A stretch of 43,500 bases of DNA from Betaproteobacteria bacterium (GCA_016202565.1 JACQOK010000121.1:1-43500), one strand, 5' to 3'. Positions 30,512 to 40,547 are shown, counted from the first letter of the stretch. Notes: generated by a model not told the origin, from the sequence alone. Made by a program: numbers and translations.

Positions 30512-32779
30512 ATGGTTTTTCTTCGCCTTGTCCTGTTGCTGCTCGCGCTCTGCGCACTCCCGGCCGAAGCCATCGAGCCTTTCACCATCAAGGATATCCG
30601 AGTCGAAGGCATCCAGCGCACTGAGGCCGGCACGGTATTCAGCTACCTCCCGGTGAAAGTCGGCGACACGATGACGGAGGAGAAAGCGGCGCAGACGATT
30701 CGGGCGCTGTTCGCCACCGGTTTCTTCAAGGATGTCAGCCTCGAGGTCGACGACGGCGTGCTCGTGGTGGTGGTGCAGGAACGGCCGTCGGTCGCGCAGA
30801 TCGACTTCGCCGGCATGAGGGAGTTCGACAAGGAGCAGGTGCTGAAAGGGCTGCGCCAGGTCGGCCTCGCCGAAGGCCGCATTTTCGACAAGGGCCTGCT
30901 GGATCGCGCCGAGCAGGAACTGAAGCGCCAATACCTGAGCCGCGGCATGTATGCCGTAAACATCAGTACTACGGTGACGCCCTTGGAGCGCAACCGGGTG
31001 GCGATCAATTTCAACGTCGAGGAGGGGGAGATCGCCAAGATCCGCCAAATCAGCATCATTGGCGCGAACGCGTTCCGTGAGAAGGACCTGGCGGACCTGC
31101 TCGTGCTGCGCACGCCGGGATGGCTTACGTGGTTCAGCAAGCACGACCAGTATTCCCGCCAGAAGCTCTCCGCCGACCTCGAGACGCTGCGTTCTCATTA
31201 TCTCGATCGGGGTTACCTCGAGTTCAGCATCGACTCGACCCAGGTCTCCATCACGCCGGACAAGAAAGACATCTATATCACGATCAGCATCACGGAAGGC
31301 CCCAAGTACGCGGTCTCCGGGGTCAAGGTGGCGGGCGAGAAGCTGATTCCGGAAGACGAGGTGTTGAAGCTGATCAAGGTCAAGGCCGGCGACACCTTCT
31401 CACGGGCGCTGCTGACGGAATCGACGAAGGCGATCAGCGACCGCCTTGGCAACGAAGGTTACGCTTTTGCCAACGTCAACGCCATTCCGGAGATGAACAA
31501 GCAGAAGAGCGAGGTGGCATTTACGTTTTTCATCGATCCGGGCCGTCGCGTCTACGTGCGCCGCATCAACATTGCGGGCAACAACCGGACTCGCGATGAA
31601 GTGATCCGGCGCGAGATGCGCCAGTTCGAGGGCGGTTGGTACTCCGCAGACAAGATCAATCTGTCGCGGCGCCGCATTGACAAGCTGGGTTATTTTACGG
31701 AGGTCAATGTCGAGACGCCGGCCGTGCCGGGCACAACCGATCAGGTCGATGTCAACGTATCGGTGGCGGAGAAGCCGACTGGCGTAATCCTGCTGGGCGC
31801 GGGCTTCGGCAGCGGCGAGGGTGTGATCGTGTCGGGTTCGGTTTCGCAGCAGAATATCTTTGGATCGGGCAAGCATGTCACCGCCCAGGTCGGTACCAGC
31901 AAGCTCAACACCACCTACGCGTTGTCGTATACGGATCCCTATTTCACGGTTGACGGTGTAAGCCAAGGCTTCGATATTTACTTGCGTGAGATCGATGCGG
32001 TGAATAGCGGCCTGGGGTTTTACCAGACGAAAACTGTCGGCGGAACGATCCGCCTGGGCGTGCCGATCTCCGAAATCGACACGATCAATTACGGGCTGGG
32101 CTACGAGGACACGAAGATCACGATCTTCCCTGAGAGCCCGTTGTTCTACAAGGATTACGTGGCGACGTTCGGAGACCAGAATTCGACGGTGCTGGGCACA
32201 ATTGGCTGGACGCGCGACGGCCGCGACAGTCTGATTTACCCGACCTCCGGGACGCTCCACAAGGTCAGCGGCGAATTGGGTCTGCCGGGCGGAACGCTCA
32301 AATACTACAAGGCCGCGTACCAGTACCAGCGCTACTTTCCGCTGACCCGTACCTACACGTTCATGCTGAACGGTGAGGGCGGGTTCGGTGACGGCTACGG
32401 CGGCAAGCCGCTGCCCTTTTTCAGGAATTTTTTTGCCGGCGGCGTGAGTTCGGTGCGCGGCTTCAAGGCGTTTACGGTGGGTCCCAAAGATTCCAATGGC
32501 GATCCGCGCGGCGGCAGCCGTAGGCTGGTGGGCAACGCTGAGTTATTATTTCCGTTTCCGGGCCTGGAGAAGGACCGGTCGGTCAGGATGAGCGCCTTTG
32601 TGGATGCCGGAATGGTGGGCGACACGTATGGCGGAGGCGATTTCCGGTATTCGACGGGGTTGGGTGTGCTTTGGGTGTCGCCGCTGGGTCCGCTCAAGAT
32701 CAGCGTCGCGCTGCCGCTCGGCGCCGAGCCGGGAGACCGGAAACAGCCATTCCAGTTTACGATCGGCGGGGTGTTTTAG
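30512..32779 (+). CDS. bamA: Outer membrane protein assembly factor BamA
   Basis: ORF 30512..32779, 755 aa. It has a signal peptide, POTRA repeats (IKDIRVEGIQRTEAGTV) and a C-terminal beta-barrel ending FQFTIGGVF. Confidence 0.94.
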   Translation: MVFLRLVLLLLALCALPAEAIEPFTIKDIRVEGIQRTEAGTVFSYLPVKVGDTMTEEKAAQTIRALFATGFFKDVSLEVDDGVLVVVVQERPSVAQIDFAGMREFDKEQVLKGLRQVGLAEGRIFDKGLLDRAEQELKRQYLSRGMYAVNISTTVTPLERNRVAINFNVEEGEIAKIRQISIIGANAFREKDLADLLVLRTPGWLTWFSKHDQYSRQKLSADLETLRSHYLDRGYLEFSIDSTQVSITPDKKDIYITISITEGPKYAVSGVKVAGEKLIPEDEVLKLIKVKAGDTFSRALLTESTKAISDRLGNEGYAFANVNAIPEMNKQKSEVAFTFFIDPGRRVYVRRINIAGNNRTRDEVIRREMRQFEGGWYSADKINLSRRRIDKLGYFTEVNVETPAVPGTTDQVDVNVSVAEKPTGVILLGAGFGSGEGVIVSGSVSQQNIFGSGKHVTAQVGTSKLNTTYALSYTDPYFTVDGVSQGFDIYLREIDAVNSGLGFYQTKTVGGTIRLGVPISEIDTINYGLGYEDTKITIFPESPLFYKDYVATFGDQNSTVLGTIGWTRDGRDSLIYPTSGTLHKVSGELGLPGGTLKYYKAAYQYQRYFPLTRTYTFMLNGEGGFGDGYGGKPLPFFRNFFAGGVSSVRGFKAFTVGPKDSNGDPRGGSRRLVGNAELLFPFPGLEKDRSVRMSAFVDAGMVGDTYGGGDFRYSTGLGVLWVSPLGPLKISVALPLGAEPGDRKQPFQFTIGGVF

Positions 32780-32798
32780 TGAAGAGGGGCAGCGACGG

Positions 32799-33335
32799 AT
32801 GCGGTCGCCGCTTAATCGCAAGGAGACTACATTGAGGTACTGTTGCTCGACTCTTGCTGCTTTGGCGCTGTCGTTGGGCATTGCGGCGGTCGAGGCGGCG
32901 GATTTGAAGATCGGCTTCATCGACGCCGAGCGCGTCAACCGCGAGTCCGCGCCGGCAGAGCGCGCGAGCAAGCAATTGGAAAAGGAGTTCGCCCCCCGCG
33001 CGCAGGAATTGCAGCGCCGGGAAAGCCAGATCAAGGCGTTGCAGGCGCAGCTCGAAAAAGAAGCCATGACCATGAGTGAAAGCGACCGCCGGGGGAAGGA
33101 ACAGGAGCTCGCGCGCATGAGCCTTGATTTCCAGCGCATGCAGCGGGAATATCGCGAAGACCTCAACCTGCGCCGCAATCAGGAACTCGCGGCACTGTTC
33201 GAACGGGCCAACCGTGTCATCAAACAGATCGCGGAGTCGGAAAAATTCGATCTTATTTTGCAGGAAGCGGTCTACCGCAACCCCCGTATCGACATTACGG
33301 ACAAGGTTCTGAAGGCGCTCGCCGAAAGCAAATAG
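32799..33335 (+). CDS. skp: OmpH/Skp family periplasmic chaperone
   Basis: ORF 32598..33335. The start is placed at ATG 32799, downstream of the bamA stop. It has a signal-like LAALALSLGIAAVEA, then KIGFIDAERV and charged coiled arms. The start is uncertain (32799, or TTG 32832). Confidence 0.85.
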   Translation: MRSPLNRKETTLRYCCSTLAALALSLGIAAVEAADLKIGFIDAERVNRESAPAERASKQLEKEFAPRAQELQRRESQIKALQAQLEKEAMTMSESDRRGKEQELARMSLDFQRMQREYREDLNLRRNQELAALFERANRVIKQIAESEKFDLILQEAVYRNPRIDITDKVLKALAESK

Positions 33336-33423
33336 GCAAGGTGAAAGGCGCGGCAACCGTGCCTCGCGCCATCGCGCATCGGACTCCCGGAGCGGGTGGG
33401 GCGGAGCCGGCGCCCATCGGGTT

Positions 33424-34470
33424 ATGAGCGAGCGAAAACCCTATACGCTACGAGAGATCGCCGAACGCTTCGGCGGAGAAATCATAGGCGATCCGGACAC
33501 CGGTGTCCGCCAGGTGGCGACGCTGGAGAACGCGAGTCCCGGCACGCTGACGTTCCTCGCCAACGAGCGCTATCTGCAACAGCTCAAGGCGACCCGCGCG
33601 GGAGCGGTCATCCTGGGAACGGCGATGCGCGATGCCACGGACCTGCCCAGGATCGTTTGCGCGAACCCGTATGTCTACTTTGCACGTGTATCCGGTTTGC
33701 TCAATCCGGCGCGCGAACCGGTACCCGGCGCGCACGCAACCGCAGTAGTCGACCGGTCCGCCGTTGTCGCGACGGACGTGGAAATCGGGCCGTTGGCCGT
33801 GGTCGGCAAGCACGTGAACATCGGAGCCGGCTCCGTCATCGGCCCCGGTTGCGTGATCGGCGACGGCGTGACGCTCGGAGCCGCCGTGCGTCTTCATGGC
33901 AACGTCACGATCTATGATCGCTGCATCATCGGCGACCGTGTCATCCTGCATTCCGGCGCGGTGATCGGCGCCGACGGCTTCGGCATTGCCATGGCCGACG
34001 AGCGCTGGGTGAAAATCCCGCAGATCGGGCGCGTCATCGTCGGAGCCGATGTGGAGATCGGCGCCAACACCACAATCGACCGGGGCGCGATCGACGACAC
34101 CGTCATCGAGGAAGGCGTCAAACTCGATAACCAGATCCAGGTGGCGCACAACGTGCGGATCGGGGCGCACACCGCGATTGCCGCCTGTGCCGGGATTGCC
34201 GGCAGCGCGAAAATCGGCCGCTACTGCCGGATCGGCGGTGCCTCCGGCATTGCCGGACATATCACGATCGCCGATCACGTCGAGATTTCCGCACACACCA
34301 TCATTACCAAGTCGATCGACAAACCCGGTACTTATACCGGTGCTTATCCATTCGAAGCCAATCGTGAGTGGCGCCGGAACGCGGCACAGTTGCGGCATCT
34401 GAGCGATCTGGCCGAACGTCTCCGGGCGCTGGAAAAGAAACTCGCGGCCCTGGAAAGGAGAGAATCTTGA
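33424..34470 (+). CDS. lpxD: UDP-3-O-(3-hydroxyacyl)glucosamine N-acyltransferase
   Basis: ORF 33424..34470. It has a hexapeptide-repeat LbH protein with a LpxD-type N-terminus ([17 protein letters not shown]). It sits in the skp-lpxD-fabZ-lpxA synteny. Confidence 0.93.
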   Translation: MSERKPYTLREIAERFGGEIIGDPDTGVRQVATLENASPGTLTFLANERYLQQLKATRAGAVILGTAMRDATDLPRIVCANPYVYFARVSGLLNPAREPVPGAHATAVVDRSAVVATDVEIGPLAVVGKHVNIGAGSVIGPGCVIGDGVTLGAAVRLHGNVTIYDRCIIGDRVILHSGAVIGADGFGIAMADERWVKIPQIGRVIVGADVEIGANTTIDRGAIDDTVIEEGVKLDNQIQVAHNVRIGAHTAIAACAGIAGSAKIGRYCRIGGASGIAGHITIADHVEISAHTIITKSIDKPGTYTGAYPFEANREWRRNAAQLRHLSDLAERLRALEKKLAALERRES

Positions 34471-34475
34471 ACAGC

Positions 34476-34925
34476 ATGGACATTCAGCAGGTCCTCGAAT
34501 TTCTTCCGCACCGTTATCCGTTCCTGCTGGTCGACCGGGTGCTCTCCTACGAGCCCGGCAAGAACCTGGTCGCGATCAAGAATGTCACGATCAACGAGCC
34601 GTTCTTCGGCGGACATTTCCCGCACCATCCCGTCATGCCGGGCGTCCTGATCATCGAGGCGCTGGCGCAGGCGGCGGCGATCCTGTCCTTCAAGACGATG
34701 GACGCCCGGGGCGACGATCAATCGGTTTACTATTTTGTCGGGATCGACAGAGCGCGCTTCAAGAAACCGGTCACCGCCGGGGACACGCTGCGGCTGGACA
34801 TCACACTGCAGCGCTATGTGCGGGGAATCTGGAAGTTCTGGACGGAAGCCCGGGTCGGCGACAAAGTCGTGGCCGAGGCGGAGCTCATGTGTACCGTGCG
34901 CGCCCTCAAGGACGCGGCGGAGTGA
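34476..34925 (+). CDS. fabZ: 3-hydroxyacyl-ACP dehydratase FabZ
   Basis: ORF 34368..34925. The start is placed at ATG 34476 ([22 protein letters not shown]). It has the motif [20 protein letters not shown]. Confidence 0.94.
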   Translation: MDIQQVLEFLPHRYPFLLVDRVLSYEPGKNLVAIKNVTINEPFFGGHFPHHPVMPGVLIIEALAQAAAILSFKTMDARGDDQSVYYFVGIDRARFKKPVTAGDTLRLDITLQRYVRGIWKFWTEARVGDKVVAEAELMCTVRALKDAAE

Positions 34926-34945
34926 GGCAAGGCCGAGTGCGACAG

Positions 34946-35737
34946 GTGAACACCAAAGTCAAAGTGAACATCCACCCGACCGCCGTCATCGATCCCCGCG
35001 CCAGAATCGCAACCGACGTCGAGATCGGTCCGTACGCGGTGATCGGCGAGCACGTCGAAATCGGGTCCGGCTGCAGCATCGGCGCGCACGCGGTGATTAC
35101 CGGACATACGCGTCTCGGCATCAATAACCGCATCTATCAATTCGTATCCCTGGGCGAAGCTCCTCAGGACAAGAAATACAGCGGCGAGCCGACGCGCCTC
35201 GAAATCGGGGATCACAACACCATTCGCGAGTTCTGCACCTTCAATCGCGGCACGGCGCAGGACGTCGGGGTGACGCGGCTCGGCGACCACAACTGGATGA
35301 TGGCCTACACCCATCTGGCGCACGACTGCCAAGTCGGGAGTCACACGGTATTCGCCAATAACGCACAGCTTGCAGGCCACGTGCACGTCGGCGATTACGC
35401 GATACTCGGGGGGTTCACTGCGGTCCACCAGCATTGCCGCATCGGTGCGCACACGATTACCGGACTCGGAACGATCGTGCTGCAGGATATCCCCCCCTAC
35501 GTAAGAGCATCGGGCAATTCCGCGCAGCCGTATGGCATCAATGCCGAAGGGTTGAGGCGGCGCGGGTTTGCGGCGGAAACCATCACCGGCCTCAAGCGGG
35601 CCTACCGGACGCTCTACCGGTCCGGGCTCACCTTGAACGAAGCAACGAGCGAGCTCGAGCGGCAACTTGCGCAGTGTCCTGCGGTTCAGCCGCTGCTCGA
35701 CTTTCTGGCGGCTTCGACCCGCGGCATCATTCGATAG
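34946..35737 (+). CDS. lpxA: Acyl-ACP--UDP-N-acetylglucosamine O-acyltransferase
   Basis: ORF 34889..35737. The likely start is GTG 34946 (alternative GTG 34964). [13 protein letters not shown] hexapeptide repeats. The C-terminus [11 protein letters not shown] matches the E. coli LpxA C-terminus (STRGLIR). Confidence 0.9.
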   Translation: MNTKVKVNIHPTAVIDPRARIATDVEIGPYAVIGEHVEIGSGCSIGAHAVITGHTRLGINNRIYQFVSLGEAPQDKKYSGEPTRLEIGDHNTIREFCTFNRGTAQDVGVTRLGDHNWMMAYTHLAHDCQVGSHTVFANNAQLAGHVHVGDYAILGGFTAVHQHCRIGAHTITGLGTIVLQDIPPYVRASGNSAQPYGINAEGLRRRGFAAETITGLKRAYRTLYRSGLTLNEATSELERQLAQCPAVQPLLDFLAASTRGIIR

Positions 35738-36004
35738 AACCTATCTCAATAATAGACGCGTGATGCGTTGTGGCCAAAACGCGATGAATGCTAGGAGCGG
35801 GGCGCAGTTAATATCGCGAATATTGACAAGACCCGCGACAACGCAGGCGCGCGTTTTGGCCACAACCCGAAGGGACGGGGCGCTCTGGGCGCATTTCGTC
35901 GTCGGACTCCCTTGCAATATTGGCGATATTGCTGCACTCGCCCTCCTCGAACTGCATCCCACATCGCCTCCGTCGCACACGTGCCTATTACTGAGATAGG
36001 TTCT
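35736..36004. mobile_element. MITE-like / structured 269-bp element with nested inverted repeats between lpxA and lpxB
   Basis: The terminal inverted repeats AGAACCTATCTCAATAATAG (35736-35755) and CTATTACTGAGATAGGTTCT (35985-36004) match at 19 of 20 positions. An inner perfect 17-bp inverted repeat joins GTTGTGGCCAAAACGCG (35767-35783) to CGCGTTTTGGCCACAAC (35850-35866). Two small similar hairpins are present: AATAT-CGCGA-ATATT (35810-35824) and GCAATAT-TGGCG-ATATTGC (35914-35932). No convincing coding potential. Confidence 0.55.
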
Positions 36005-36007
36005 GGC

Positions 36008-37168
36008 ATGGCCGCCGCCATGCCCGTCATCGGCATCGTCGCGGGAGAAGCGTCCGGCGATCTGCTGGGTGCTCATCTCATCCAGGCGCTGAAGCCGCAT
36101 CTGCCGCAAGCGCGCTTCGTCGGCATTGGCGGCCCGAGAATGGAAGCGGCGGGACTACAAGTGCTGTTTCCGATGAACAAGCTCGCGGTGCGGGGCTACG
36201 TCGAGGTGATGCGCCATTACTTCGAGATCGTCGGCATCCGGCGCCAGCTGGCCGGATACTTTCTGCGCGAGCGTCCCGCTTGTTTCATCGGCGTCGATGC
36301 GCCCGACTTCAATCTCGATCTGGAAAGGAGGCTCAAGAGCGCCGGCATCCGCACGGTGCAGTACGTGAGCCCGCAGATCTGGGCATGGCGCAGCGAACGC
36401 ATGCACCAGATCAAGCGCGCCGTCGATAAGATGCTCACGGTGTTTCCGTTCGAGGGGCCGCTGTACGAGGCAGCGCAGATTCCGGTCGCGTACGTCGGCC
36501 ATCCGCTTGCGGACATGCTGGGAGATTTTCCCGGCATGCATGCGGCGCGCGAGCAGTTGCGCCTGCCGGCTACGGCGCGAATCGTCGCGCTGCTGCCGGG
36601 AAGCCGGGTGAGCGAGCTTCAACAAATGGCCGACCTGTTCGTCGCTACCGCTGCAGAGATCGCGGCCGGCGATCCCGAAGTATTGTTTCTGGCGCCGTTG
36701 GTCAACCTTGAGACCAGGGAGCTGTTCGAGGCGGCCCTCTATCGTCGCGGGGTGCCATCGCTCAATTTGACCATGTTGTTCGGGCATGCGCACGAAGCGA
36801 TGGCCGCTGCGGACGTCGTGCTCGTGTCGTCCGGCACGGCCACGCTGGAGGCTGCGTTGCTTCGGCGCCCGATGGTGATCACCTATAAGATGCCGCGAAT
36901 TTCATGGTGGATCATGAACCGCCGGCTTCACCAGGCGTATGCCGGACTGCCCAACATTCTCGCCGGCGAGTTCGTCGTGCCGGAAATCCTGCAGGATGAG
37001 GCGACGCCGGACAACCTCGCCCAGGCGGTGCTCAACTTGATGTCCGACGTGACGGTGCGCAGCCGGATCGACGCGCGCTTCAGCGAGCTATTGGGGGAAC
37101 TCCGGCAGAATACGGCGCAGAAAGTGGCGCAGGCGCTGCTGCCCATGGTGAATGGCGGGGCGGCATGA
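36008..37168 (+). CDS. lpxB: Lipid-A-disaccharide synthase
   Basis: ORF 35912..37168. The start is placed at ATG 36008 ([25 protein letters not shown]), just after the right inverted repeat. [18 protein letters not shown] and PGSRVSE. Confidence 0.92.
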   Translation: MAAAMPVIGIVAGEASGDLLGAHLIQALKPHLPQARFVGIGGPRMEAAGLQVLFPMNKLAVRGYVEVMRHYFEIVGIRRQLAGYFLRERPACFIGVDAPDFNLDLERRLKSAGIRTVQYVSPQIWAWRSERMHQIKRAVDKMLTVFPFEGPLYEAAQIPVAYVGHPLADMLGDFPGMHAAREQLRLPATARIVALLPGSRVSELQQMADLFVATAAEIAAGDPEVLFLAPLVNLETRELFEAALYRRGVPSLNLTMLFGHAHEAMAAADVVLVSSGTATLEAALLRRPMVITYKMPRISWWIMNRRLHQAYAGLPNILAGEFVVPEILQDEATPDNLAQAVLNLMSDVTVRSRIDARFSELLGELRQNTAQKVAQALLPMVNGGAA

Positions 37169-37761
37169 GCCTGCGGGGCGGGATCTGCGGTGTCGATGAA
37201 TCCGGTAGAGGACCGCTTGCCGGACCGGTATACGCGGCAGCGGTCATTCTGCCGGGAAATGTCGTGATCGAGGGGCTTGCCGATTCCAAGACGCTTCCGG
37301 CGGTCAGGCGGGAAGCGCTGGCGATCGAGATCCGGAGTCGCGCAGCCGCGTGGGCGGTGGCGAGCGCGAGCGTCGCCGAGATCGATGCATTGAACATTCT
37401 GCGGGCAAGCTTGCTCGCCATGCAGCGTGCAGTCGAGGGCTTGGGGGTTGCGCCACGGCGGGTCGTCGTGGACGGGCTGCACTGCCCCGAACTGGCGTGC
37501 CCGGTGCGCGCCATTGTCCGCGGCGACGCGAGCGTCGCCGCGATCTCCGCGGCGTCGATTCTGGCCAAAGTGGCGCGAGACGCGGCGATGATGGAGCTGC
37601 ACCTGCGCTACCCGCAGTATGGTTTCGACTGCCACAAGGGCTATGCGACCGAGCTCCACCTCGCTGCTTTACGCGCGCATGGCGCGTGCGCGGTCCATCG
37701 CCGCAGCTTCGCGCCGGTCAGGCTGATGCTGGAATCCGGCACGCTTTTCCCGCCGGATTGA
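37165..37761 (+). CDS. rnhB: Ribonuclease HII
   Basis: ORF 37165..37761. Its ATG overlaps the lpxB stop (ATGA). [18 protein letters not shown] and [11 protein letters not shown]. Confidence 0.93.
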   Translation: MSLRGGICGVDESGRGPLAGPVYAAAVILPGNVVIEGLADSKTLPAVRREALAIEIRSRAAAWAVASASVAEIDALNILRASLLAMQRAVEGLGVAPRRVVVDGLHCPELACPVRAIVRGDASVAAISAASILAKVARDAAMMELHLRYPQYGFDCHKGYATELHLAALRAHGACAVHRRSFAPVRLMLESGTLFPPD

Positions 37762-37791
37762 TGCCCCTATGATGTGCGCCAGGAGGTGGCG

Positions 37792-38241
37792 ATGAAACTC
37801 GCGCTCATGCTGCATCTGCTGGGGGCCGTGGTCTGGATCGGCGGCATGTTTTTCGCGTACCTTGCGTTGCGGCCAGCCGCCGCGGAATTGCTGCAACCGC
37901 CGCAGCGGCTGCCGCTATGGTCAGCGACGCTCGGCCGCTTTTTCCGGTGGGTCTGGGTCTCCATCGCGCTGCTCCTCGGCAGCGGTTTTTACATGTTGTC
38001 GGTGATCGCCAACGCCGGACAGGTTCCGCTGTACGTGCACGCGATGCTCTTCATCGGCGTGGTGATGAGCTTGATCTTCGCCTACGTGTTCTTTTCGCCG
38101 TTTCCAACCCTGCAGCGCGCGGTGGCGAGCCGGGACTGGCAGCAGGCCGGCGTGGCGCTCAACCAGATCCGCATGGCGGTGGCCGTGAATCTGGGTCTCG
38201 GGCTTGCCAATATCGTCGTTGCTACGGCCGGCGCGATTTGA
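37792..38241 (+). CDS. Small integral membrane protein (4 predicted TM helices, CopD-like; function unknown)
   Basis: ORF 37774..38241. ATG 37792 is preceded by AGGAGG (37781-37786). Four hydrophobic segments are present. The resemblance to CopD-domain proteins is from recollection only. Confidence 0.6.
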   Translation: MKLALMLHLLGAVVWIGGMFFAYLALRPAAAELLQPPQRLPLWSATLGRFFRWVWVSIALLLGSGFYMLSVIANAGQVPLYVHAMLFIGVVMSLIFAYVFFSPFPTLQRAVASRDWQQAGVALNQIRMAVAVNLGLGLANIVVATAGAI

Positions 38242-39196
38242 CGTACTTCCCGTCAAGGTCGGCGATCAGCTGGCGCAGGCTGCGTGCCTCACGCTGCGGA
38301 TCGACGAGCGGTCTGCGCGCGGCGCACTGGGCCTTGAGCCGGCGGTAAAAGGCCGCATCCGATTCGGCGCGCCACAAGAGCTGCCCCAACGCTTTTTCGT
38401 TCTCCAGCGGGTAGTAGCCGCTGTAATCGCGGCCCAGCATGCCGATGTTTCCGGAGATGCGCGAGGCGATGATCGGCACGCCGGCAGCGAGCGCTTCCGA
38501 TACGACGTTGGCCCCGCCTTCCATGCGCGAACTGATCACCATCAGTCGGCCGCGCGCGAGACGGCGCTGCGCCCGTCCGTGCGGTAACTCGCCGAGCCAG
38601 CGGTAGCGCGGTTCGCGCGCCATCCATTGCCGTGCTTCGCGCGCCATCTCCTCGCTCATGGCCGCCCCCAGGTGGGCGACGCGGATGCGACTGGCAGCGG
38701 GGAGGTGTTGCAGCGCTGCGGCGGTTCGGAACGGGTCCTTCTCCTCGCGCAGATGCCCGCTCACCACGACTTCAAAGCAGGATTTGAGCCGCGCCTGGAC
38801 GCGGACCGCGCGCGCCGACTGATAGACGACGCGCGTCTTTCCGCGCAGCGTCGGTGGCAACTCCTCGCGCCCCATGTCCTGCAGCACGATCATGCGGTCT
38901 GCAACGCGCATCGATTCCCGCGCATCGGCGTCGGCGTGGATGTCACGGTAGAGATCGGTGCCGGTCAGGGCGAGCACCAGCGGCCGATCCGGGCACACCC
39001 GCTTGAAGCGCACGGCTGAATCGTGACTGCGGCGCGCGTGCAATGCGATCATGACATCGGCCGGCGCGCCATCCCATGAGCGCTGGATCGCAATGTGGTG
39101 ACCGAGCCCGCGCAGCAGGACGGCCCAGCGCGCCGCAGTATGGCGATTGCCGTGCCGGGTGCGCGCGCCCGCGGGCGTCACGATCACGATTTTCAC
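38222..39196 (-). CDS. senB: GT-B glycosyltransferase resembling selenosugar synthase SenB (TIGR04348-type)
   Basis: ORF 38222..39316. The start is placed at GTG 39196 (VKIVIVTPAGARTRHGNRHTAARWAVLLRGLGH). It has a GT4-like C-terminal region, MEGGANVVSEALAAGVPIIAS. It is divergent from an EgtB/SenA-family gene. The SenB assignment rests on context and recollection and was not verified by a search. Confidence 0.55.
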   Translation of the reverse strand: MKIVIVTPAGARTRHGNRHTAARWAVLLRGLGHHIAIQRSWDGAPADVMIALHARRSHDSAVRFKRVCPDRPLVLALTGTDLYRDIHADADARESMRVADRMIVLQDMGREELPPTLRGKTRVVYQSARAVRVQARLKSCFEVVVSGHLREEKDPFRTAAALQHLPAASRIRVAHLGAAMSEEMAREARQWMAREPRYRWLGELPHGRAQRRLARGRLMVISSRMEGGANVVSEALAAGVPIIASRISGNIGMLGRDYSGYYPLENEKALGQLLWRAESDAAFYRRLKAQCAARRPLVDPQREARSLRQLIADLDGKYVKSRRP

Positions 39197-39248
39197 GTCG
39201 AACGATCCACGATAAACTCCTGCCGAACTATAGCAAAAAGTGCCGTAC

Positions 39249-40547
39249 ATGATGTCAACTTCAGAGGTGGACGCCGACGGACTGCGCGGGATGCTGGTCG
39301 CCGCGCGCATGCGCACGCTCCTGCTGTCACGAGACCTGGACGGCGAACGTCTGCTCGGGCCCCGGCTCAGGATCGTAAACCCGCCGCTGTGGGAAATCGG
39401 CCACCTTGGCTGGTTTCAGGAGCGCTGGTGCCTGCGTCATGAACCAGGGGGCGCGCTTGCGCCTTCGATGCGCGAGGACGCGGATGAACTTTACGATTCG
39501 GCAGCCGTGCCGCACGCCACGCGCTGGGACCTGCCGCTGCCGGATTTCGCGGCCACGCTGTCCTACCTGCAGCGCGTGCTCGAGCGCGTGCTCGAACGCA
39601 TTGACCGCGACGGCGTTACGCAGCACATGAGCTATTTTGTGCAGCTTGCGGCATTCCATGAGGAAATGCATTGCGAAGCGTTCACCTACACCCGCCAGAC
39701 GCTGGGTTATCCGCCGCCGCCAATTGCACCGGCCCTGCCTGACGCAGGAGCGGGCGCGTGGGAAGGTGATGTGGAAGTTACAGGCGGCAAAATGATGCTT
39801 GGTGCGACTGCGGATGCCGGTTTTGTCTTCGACAACGAAAAATGGGCGCACGAGGTCGAGGTAACACCGTTTTGCATCGCGCGGGCACCGGTGACGAACG
39901 CCGAATTCACGGCGTTCGTCGAAGACGGCGGCTACCGGCGGGAGGAGCTGTGGAGCACTCAAGGCTGGACGTGGCGCAGCGAGTGCCGGGCCGAGAGTCC
40001 GGTTTACTGGCGGCGGGAAGCCGGAAAATGGTTTCGCCGCCGCTACGATAACTGGGAACCGTTGCCGCCGCATGCTCCCGCGATCCATGTCAACTGGTTT
40101 GAGGCGGAGGCGTACTGCCGTTGGGCCGGTCGCCGACTGCCGACGGAAGCTGAGTGGGAATTCGCGGCTGCAACCGTTCCCGCATCGAGCGGCCAGAAAA
40201 GGCGCTATCCATGGGGTGATGCTGCACCATCGCCGGCATTGGCCAATCTGTTTGGCGTGACGGGAGACTGCGCGGATGTGGCGGCATTCTCCCAGGGAGA
40301 CAGCGCATGGGGCTGTCGCCAGATGTTCGGCAACGTATGGGAATGGACCGGCGACTGGTTCTGTCCGTATCCGGGGTTCGTGCGTGATCCGTACAAGGAA
40401 TACTCCGAACCGTGGTTTGGCGATCACAAGGTATTGCGCGGCGGATGTTTCGCTACACGGGCCAGCCTGTTGCGCAACACTTGGCGCAATTTCTACACGC
40501 CGGACCGGCGCGACGTTCTTGCCGGATTCCGGACCTGCGCGCCGTGA
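39249..40547 (+). CDS. senA: EgtB/SenA-family non-heme-iron C-S/C-Se bond-forming enzyme (DinB-like N-domain plus FGE-sulfatase-like C-domain)
   Basis: ORF 39240..40547 (start GTG 39240 or ATG 39249). It has NPPLWEIGHLGWFQERW, the HX3HXE iron motif (HEEMHCE), and FGE-type motifs HVNWFEAEAYCRWAGRRLPTEAEWEFAA, NVWEWTGDWF and VLRGGCF. Choosing SenA over EgtB is inferred from the neighbouring glycosyltransferase. Confidence 0.6.
   Translation: MMSTSEVDADGLRGMLVAARMRTLLLSRDLDGERLLGPRLRIVNPPLWEIGHLGWFQERWCLRHEPGGALAPSMREDADELYDSAAVPHATRWDLPLPDFAATLSYLQRVLERVLERIDRDGVTQHMSYFVQLAAFHEEMHCEAFTYTRQTLGYPPPPIAPALPDAGAGAWEGDVEVTGGKMMLGATADAGFVFDNEKWAHEVEVTPFCIARAPVTNAEFTAFVEDGGYRREELWSTQGWTWRSECRAESPVYWRREAGKWFRRRYDNWEPLPPHAPAIHVNWFEAEAYCRWAGRRLPTEAEWEFAAATVPASSGQKRRYPWGDAAPSPALANLFGVTGDCADVAAFSQGDSAWGCRQMFGNVWEWTGDWFCPYPGFVRDPYKEYSEPWFGDHKVLRGGCFATRASLLRNTWRNFYTPDRRDVLAGFRTCAP

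Noticed and set aside
35763-35999. 79-codon ORF (MRCGQNAMNARSG...) inside the lpxA-lpxB element, plus the antisense 122-aa ORF 35741..36109
   Set aside because: Neither has an SD sequence. Composition is typical of translated non-coding GC-rich DNA. The region is better explained by nested inverted repeats.
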